Assembly: GCA_964438735.1 (NCBI GenBank)
Contig: CAYTLW010000014.1
Coordinates: 19,635-83,634 of the forward strand
Direction: 5' to 3'
Origin: an uncultured Enterobacteriaceae bacterium
Lineage (GTDB): Bacteria; Myxococcota_A; UBA9042
Length of the DNA stretch: 64,000 bases
How positions within the stretch are numbered: the first letter of the stretch is position 1; each line of letters begins with the position of its first letter. Of this stretch, positions 58,897 through 64,000 are shown one piece after another. Position numbers and translations under genes: made by a program. Below the pieces are notes generated by a model. That model did not search any database and was not told the DNA's origin. It saw only the letters and a list, made by a program, of their open reading frames with translations.

Positions 58897-59424
58897 ATGA
58901 TCGACAACCTCAAGAACATCGCAGCACGTCGTCTGGGCAAGGTCCTGGCCTCGGACGTCACGCTCAAGGTGCTGTCCAATCGGCAGGTGCAGGGCGCCAT
59001 GTTGCGCGCGATCAATGTACGTGCCGAGGCGCGCGACCTGGTGGAGAGCCGGCTGCAGGGGGTGGCGACGGCCCTGGACCTGGTGACGCACGAAGACGTG
59101 GCCTCGCTCAAGCGCACGATTCGCGACATGGAAGACCAGATTGACGAGCTGCGCGACGAGCTCGACAAGGAGCGCGCCCCGGAAGCGGCCCCTGTTGCGG
59201 CACCGGCGCCGGCTGCGGCACCGGCCCCAGCGGCGGAAGCCGCGCCAGCACCGGCTGAAGAAACCGCCGTCGAGGCGCCGGCCCCCAAACCCAAAGCCAA
59301 ACGCAAGCGCAAGCCAGCCGCCAAGAAGGCCAAAGCCGCGCCCAAGAAGAAGACCGGTGGCAAGAAGGCCGCCGCGGCCAAGGGCACGCGCGCCAAGAAG
59401 GGCGCCGCGGCCAAGAAGGCGTAG
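58897..59424 (+). CDS. coiled-coil protein with A/P linker and K/A-rich histone-H1-like tail (PhaF/HBHA-like architecture)
   Basis: GGAG RBS, DLVTHEDVASLKRTIRDMEDQIDEL, PAAKKAKAAPKKK tail. Confidence 0.75.
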   Translation: MIDNLKNIAARRLGKVLASDVTLKVLSNRQVQGAMLRAINVRAEARDLVESRLQGVATALDLVTHEDVASLKRTIRDMEDQIDELRDELDKERAPEAAPVAAPAPAAAPAPAAEAAPAPAEETAVEAPAPKPKAKRKRKPAAKKAKAAPKKKTGGKKAAAAKGTRAKKGAAAKKA

Positions 59425-59426
59425 TC

Positions 59427-59984
59427 GTGGCCCGTCGTCCCATCGTGACCTGGCCCGCGCCGGTGCTGAAGCGCCCCTGCGAGCCCGTGGAGCAGTTCGA
59501 CGAGGAGCTGACCACGCTGCTGGACGACATGCGGCAGACCATGGCCGACGCGGACGGGCTGGGCCTGGCGGCCAACCAGGTGGGCGTGTCGACGCGACTG
59601 TTCATCATGGGCATCCCCCAGGAAGAAGAGGGCGAGATCGAGCTCATCGAGGTCATCAACCCGGTGATCGAGGCCCGCCGCGGCGAGATCAAGTACGAAG
59701 AGGGCTGCCTGAGTTTTCCCGAGGTCTACCAGCAGGTCCTGCGCGCCGCCGAGATCGACGTCACGTACGCCGATCGCGAGGGACAGACGCAGGCCAGGAC
59801 GTTCAACGGCCTGGCGTCGGTGTGTTTTCAGCACGAACTCGACCACCTGGACGGGGTCGTCTTTCTCGACCGGCTGTCGCCCTTGAAGCGTCGACTGGCA
59901 CTGCGCGCCTATACCCGCAGCCAGCGCAACAAGGCAGAGGAAGAGCGCGAGGCCCACATCTCCGGGATGCGCGGGCCCCGCTGA
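59427..59984 (+). CDS. def: peptide deformylase
   Basis: GLGLAANQVG, EEGCLS, QHELDHLDG. Confidence 0.97.
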   Translation: MARRPIVTWPAPVLKRPCEPVEQFDEELTTLLDDMRQTMADADGLGLAANQVGVSTRLFIMGIPQEEEGEIELIEVINPVIEARRGEIKYEEGCLSFPEVYQQVLRAAEIDVTYADREGQTQARTFNGLASVCFQHELDHLDGVVFLDRLSPLKRRLALRAYTRSQRNKAEEEREAHISGMRGPR

Positions 59985-60054
59985 ACAGCTGACGCCGGGG
60001 CCGCCGGCGCACCCACATCGGAGAGCGGCTGTGGCCGCGCGGGATGGCATCGCC

Positions 60055-61041
60055 ATGGGTCGACGCGTCGCCTTCATGGGCAGTCCGGACTTTGCGGTCG
60101 CAGCGTTGCGGGCGTTGATCGCCTCCGATGTGGAGGTGGTTGGCGTGGTGACCCAGCCCGACCGGCCGGCCGGACGTGGGCGATCGCTGCGACCGCCACC
60201 GGTGAAAGTGGCCGCGTTGGCCCACGACCTCGAGGTGCACCAGCCCCGTAAAATCCGCCGCGGGCGGCTGGCCGTCTGGCTGCAGGAGCGCGAAGTCGAC
60301 CTGGCCGTGGTCGCCGCCTATGGCCGCCTGCTCCCCGACGATGTGCTGGCGGCGCCCACTTATGGCTGCGTCAACCTGCATGCGTCACTGCTGCCTCGCT
60401 GGCGCGGCGCGTCGCCCATCCACCGGGCCATCGCCGCCGGCGACAGCGAGACCGGTGTGAGCCTGATGCGCGTGGTCAAGGAGCTGGATGCGGGCCCGGT
60501 GATGGCGACCATCGAGGTGCCCATCAGCGACGTGGACACCTCGGCGACCCTGCATGACAAGCTCGCCGAGGCGGGCGCGGTGTTGTTGCGCCGGCACTTG
60601 AACGAGCTGCTCGCAGGTCAGCTGGCGGAGGTGCCCCAGGACCATGAAGTGGCCACGTTTGCGCCGCCGCTGGACAAGATGGAGGGCGCGGTGGACTGGC
60701 GCCTGCCGGCCCGCCGGATTCACGCCCACATCCGGGCCATGACGCCCTGGCCGGGTGCCTGGACCCGCTGGCAGGACAGCGACGAGCGTTGGAAGATCTT
60801 CGCCGATGACGCCCAGGTGATGCCGGGCGCTGGCGAAGCCGGTACGCTGTTGCGGCTGGAGGGCGCGGGCGCCGTGATCGCTTGCGGACACGATGCGCTC
60901 AAGGTCGCCATCCTGCAGCGACCGGGCAAGCGGAGAATGGGCGCGGCCGACGCGCTCAGAGGCGCACGCCGGGAGCCGGGTCAGCGGTTGGAGTGCATCG
61001 CGGCGCGCTCGGCCGAAGCCGCAGCTGGAGACGGGAGTTGA
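60055..61041 (+). CDS. fmt: methionyl-tRNA formyltransferase
   Basis: FMGSPDFA, VVTQPDRPAGRG, VVAAYG, NLHASLLPRWRGASPI, ELDAG. Confidence 0.97.
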   Translation: MGRRVAFMGSPDFAVAALRALIASDVEVVGVVTQPDRPAGRGRSLRPPPVKVAALAHDLEVHQPRKIRRGRLAVWLQEREVDLAVVAAYGRLLPDDVLAAPTYGCVNLHASLLPRWRGASPIHRAIAAGDSETGVSLMRVVKELDAGPVMATIEVPISDVDTSATLHDKLAEAGAVLLRRHLNELLAGQLAEVPQDHEVATFAPPLDKMEGAVDWRLPARRIHAHIRAMTPWPGAWTRWQDSDERWKIFADDAQVMPGAGEAGTLLRLEGAGAVIACGHDALKVAILQRPGKRRMGAADALRGARREPGQRLECIAARSAEAAAGDGS

Positions 61042-61045
61042 ATCC

Positions 61046-61642
61046 ATGACCGGAACTCGGTGCCCGGCGGCGCATAACAGTCACAAGCTGGCAGGTCCGG
61101 CCTGGCTCGGTTTGATCCTGAGCGCCTGCTTGTGGGTCGGCTGCGGCCCCAAACAGGGCAATGAGGTCCCCGGGGGCGGCGCCGTGCAGAGCCAGCCCGT
61201 GACCGCGCAGCCAGCAGACTCGCCGAAGACCGCTGCGGTGGACAAGGCCCAGGGATTCGCCCTGCTGGTGGTGGAGGATCGGGCGGGCCAACTGGCCGTC
61301 GCTTCGGGTCACTTGGGCCAGCTGGCACGCCTCGGGGTCAAGGAGCGACGCGGCGTGCTGGCCGCCTGGCAGCAGCCGGCTCCCGCCACGCGAAGGGCCG
61401 GCGAGTACTGCGGCCGCCTGCTCGACTCCGCGCGCCGGCAGGCCGCCCTGCGCTGCGTACGACCGCGCAATACCGCCCACCTGGCGCCGCGGACCGCAGG
61501 CGCTCCGCCCACCGACAAACCGCTGAACACGGTGGCGTTCTCCTTGCGACTGCCATGGCCGGCCACGGCCACCGGCAGCGGCTGGACGCTGGAGATCGGA
61601 GCGCCCGACGGCCGCACCGCCACCTGGCGACCACGGGAGTAG
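61046..61642 (+). CDS. lipoprotein, unknown function
   Basis: LWVG-C lipobox. Sits between fmt and the M64 gene with 2-4 nt gaps. Confidence 0.65.
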   Translation: MTGTRCPAAHNSHKLAGPAWLGLILSACLWVGCGPKQGNEVPGGGAVQSQPVTAQPADSPKTAAVDKAQGFALLVVEDRAGQLAVASGHLGQLARLGVKERRGVLAAWQQPAPATRRAGEYCGRLLDSARRQAALRCVRPRNTAHLAPRTAGAPPTDKPLNTVAFSLRLPWPATATGSGWTLEIGAPDGRTATWRPRE

Positions 61643-61644
61643 GG

Positions 61645-62982
61645 ATGTCCGTGCCCGCCGCTCGTTTCCGGTTCGTCGTCCTGGCGGTCTTCATCGTCAC
61701 GTCGAGTTGGACCGATGCGACCGCGGCGCCATTCGACATTCCGGTGCACGACGACCTGACGACCCTGCAGGCGGCCGCGGCGCTGGCCGATGCCTACGAC
61801 ATCGTCTTTGTGGGGGACGGCTATACCGAAGCCCAGCGCAATGAATTCCTCGCCGACGCCAAGGCCGTCTCGACCGGTCTGCTGGAGTTCGGCCCTTATG
61901 CCGACAGCCGCTGGCTGATCAACAGCCACGCGCTCTTCGCTGCTTCCAAAGAGAGCGGCGCCGACCACCCCGGTCAGGAGATCGACGTCGACACCGCGTT
62001 CGACGCCACCTACGAATCCTTCGGCATCGCCTACCTGATCACCGCGAGCACGGCCAAGATCCTGACCGCGGTGGGGTCGATCATGCCCGCCTACGACCAG
62101 GTGATCTTGATCGTCAACGATGACGACTACGGCGGGTCGGGCGGCGAGGTCTCCATCGTATCGACGGCTCCGGCGTCGCTGGCCATCTTGCGCCACGAGG
62201 TCGCCCACAGCATCGGCGGGCTGGCAGACGAATACGAACATCCCAATCCCAACGCCAAGTTCGAGGATCCCGAACCCAACGTGGCCAGCGTGGACCACCT
62301 GACGCCGTTGAAGTGGGGCCACTGGCTCGAGCCCGGCACCCCGATCCCGACCCCCCTGGCCGACGCGACGGGCGACTATGCCCCGGTCGGGGCCTACGAG
62401 GGGGCGCGCTACCTGAGCAAGGACATGTTCCGGCCTTCGCCCGAGTGCATCATGCGCAGCCTGGACAAGTTGTTCTGCTCAGTCTGCGGCGAGGTGATGA
62501 TCCTGCGCCTGGCGAGCGAATCGACCATGCTGCGCGAGCGCTCGCCGACCCAGACGGACGTGGATTGCACTCTGGATCAATGCCCCGCCTTCACCGTCCA
62601 GGTGGCCCCGCTCGCCGATCTGCGGGTGCGCTGGCTGCGCGACGCCGAGATGGTCGGCGAGGGCCTGTCCTGGCAGCCCGGCGTGGCGGCGTTGGGAGAT
62701 GGCCAGCTCATCGCCGAGATCCGACACGAATCGCCCCGCGTACGACTGGACGCCAAGGGGGTGCTGATCGAAGAGGTGACCTGGCAGCTGAACGTCCGAC
62801 CGAACGCCGTCGGAAGCGTCGATGCCGGCGGCAACGACGTGAGCGTGCCGGGCGATCCAACCTTACCTATGGGCTGCACGGGCACGATCACGGGGCCTGG
62901 GACTCCGGCGGCGGGCTGGGGCCTGCTGGCGTTGGCCCTGGCGCTGCTCTGGCGGCGGCGACGATGGCGGCAGATCCGATGA
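61645..62982 (+). CDS. M64 (IgA-peptidase-family) metallopeptidase with MYXO-CTERM-type anchor
   Basis: DIVFVGDGYT, HEVAHSIGGLADEY, GAYEGA...FRP...CIMR...FC.VC, C-terminal GC...WGLLALALALLWRRRR. Confidence 0.9.
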   Translation: MSVPAARFRFVVLAVFIVTSSWTDATAAPFDIPVHDDLTTLQAAAALADAYDIVFVGDGYTEAQRNEFLADAKAVSTGLLEFGPYADSRWLINSHALFAASKESGADHPGQEIDVDTAFDATYESFGIAYLITASTAKILTAVGSIMPAYDQVILIVNDDDYGGSGGEVSIVSTAPASLAILRHEVAHSIGGLADEYEHPNPNAKFEDPEPNVASVDHLTPLKWGHWLEPGTPIPTPLADATGDYAPVGAYEGARYLSKDMFRPSPECIMRSLDKLFCSVCGEVMILRLASESTMLRERSPTQTDVDCTLDQCPAFTVQVAPLADLRVRWLRDAEMVGEGLSWQPGVAALGDGQLIAEIRHESPRVRLDAKGVLIEEVTWQLNVRPNAVGSVDAGGNDVSVPGDPTLPMGCTGTITGPGTPAAGWGLLALALALLWRRRRWRQIR

Positions 62983-62998
62983 AGCGGAGGCAATTGCG

Positions 62999-63799
62999 AT
63001 GAAGCTGGGCATCCTGGGCTGCGGCAACATGGCCGGCGCCATGGTCGGACGCTGGCTGGCGTCCGGCACGGTCGATCCGGCGGACGTGGTCGCGGTCACG
63101 CGCACCGAAGACGAGGCGGCGACCGTGCGCCGGACCCTGGGCATCGCCTGCGGCACCGACGTGCAGGCCGCGATCAGGGGCCGCGACGTGGTGCTGCTCG
63201 GCATCAAGCCACAGCAGGCGGCCGAGTTCCTGCCGGCGCTGGCGGCGCAAGCACCGCCTGGCCAGGTGTGGCTGTCGATCCTGGCCGGGCTGTCCCGACA
63301 GAAGGTGGCCAGGCTGCTGAACGACCGCGTCGAGGTGGTGCGATTGATGCCCAACACGCCGGCGCGCATCGGTCTGGGTGCCACGGCGGTGTGTTTTGGC
63401 CCGGCGACGGCCGAGCCCGATCGCCAGCGGGTGCTGCGGCTGCTGAGCGCGCTGGGCCAGGTCCTGGAGATCCCCGAATCGAGCATGGACGTCTTCACGG
63501 CCATCGCCGGATCCGGGCCTGCATACGTCTTCCTGTTCATGGAGGCCCTGGCCGAGGCCGGACAGGCGCTGGGCCTGGAGATAGACGTGGCCCGGGCGCT
63601 GGCCAGCCAGATGGTGCAGGGCGCGGCCGGGCTTGCAGTCGCCGACGGACGGGCGCCGGGTGAATTGCGCCGCGAGGTCACGAGCCCCGGCGGCACCACC
63701 GAGGCGGCCTTGAAGGTCCTGGTCGAGCGCGACTGGCCAGCTCATGTGCGCGAGGCCGTGACCGCGGCGGCGCGTCGAAGCGCCGAGATGGCGGGATGA
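62999..63799 (+). CDS. proC: pyrroline-5-carboxylate reductase
   Basis: GILGCGNMA, VVRLMPNTPA, TAIAGSGPAY, VTSPGGTT. Confidence 0.97.
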   Translation: MKLGILGCGNMAGAMVGRWLASGTVDPADVVAVTRTEDEAATVRRTLGIACGTDVQAAIRGRDVVLLGIKPQQAAEFLPALAAQAPPGQVWLSILAGLSRQKVARLLNDRVEVVRLMPNTPARIGLGATAVCFGPATAEPDRQRVLRLLSALGQVLEIPESSMDVFTAIAGSGPAYVFLFMEALAEAGQALGLEIDVARALASQMVQGAAGLAVADGRAPGELRREVTSPGGTTEAALKVLVERDWPAHVREAVTAAARRSAEMAG

Positions 63800-63809
63800 T
63801 CTGTTGACG

Positions 63810-64000
63810 ATGCACGTGCGCCAGACCCGTCGACTTGTGCTGTTGCTGGTGGCGATGCCACTGGCAGCCGGATGCGGCAAGGGGCCGGATGCGGCGGCCG
63901 CCGACACCGTGGCGGACGTGCAGGGCTCTGACGTGGTCGACGTGGCCACACACGACACGCCGCCGCCCGCCGACAGCGCGCCCATAGACACCGGCGCGAC
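63810..64000 (+). CDS. lipoprotein, 5' part only (runs off the window)
   Basis: MHVRQTRRLVLLLVAMPLAAG-C lipobox followed by a D/T/A linker. Confidence 0.6.
   Translation, partial: MHVRQTRRLVLLLVAMPLAAGCGKGPDAAAADTVADVQGSDVVDVATHDTPPPADSAPIDTGA

Overview
High-GC bacterial chromosomal segment, most likely Myxococcota. This rests on two MYXO-CTERM-type sorting signals, a Ser/Thr kinase-PEGA/TPR-PEGA pair, and many lipoproteins and Cys-rich surface proteins. About 54 plausible CDS and 2 tRNAs (Phe-GAA, Ala-CGC). Housekeeping genes: thiE-like, thiG, thiS, rlmN, yggX-like, argG, prs, dnaK, a CbpA/DnaJ-type co-chaperone, def, fmt and proC. Accessory content: a GT4-Wzx-O-antigen-ligase glycosylation block, a GldA/F/G + DUF4340 ABC operon, and a ~10 kb run of envelope genes (kelch lipoprotein, PEGA protein, LolA-like sorter, beta-barrel, two CTDC-type Cys-repeat proteins). 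No integrase, transposase, CRISPR array or prophage was seen. The most unusual items are: (1) an orphan T4-gp19/eCIS-type tail-tube domain fused behind ~200 aa of 11-mer amphipathic (LEA/apolipoprotein-like) repeats, with no sheath or baseplate in the window; (2) a lipoprotein ending in five tandem somatomedin-B-like domains; (3) an M17 aminopeptidase resembling eukaryotic NPEPL1; (4) a thiS/thiG split that one inversion would explain; (5) an AT-hook + winged-helix protein; (6) an amidohydrolase that has lost its metal ligands. All family calls come from motif recognition by eye, with no database search. Start codons were re-chosen by eye from RBS and overlap evidence.
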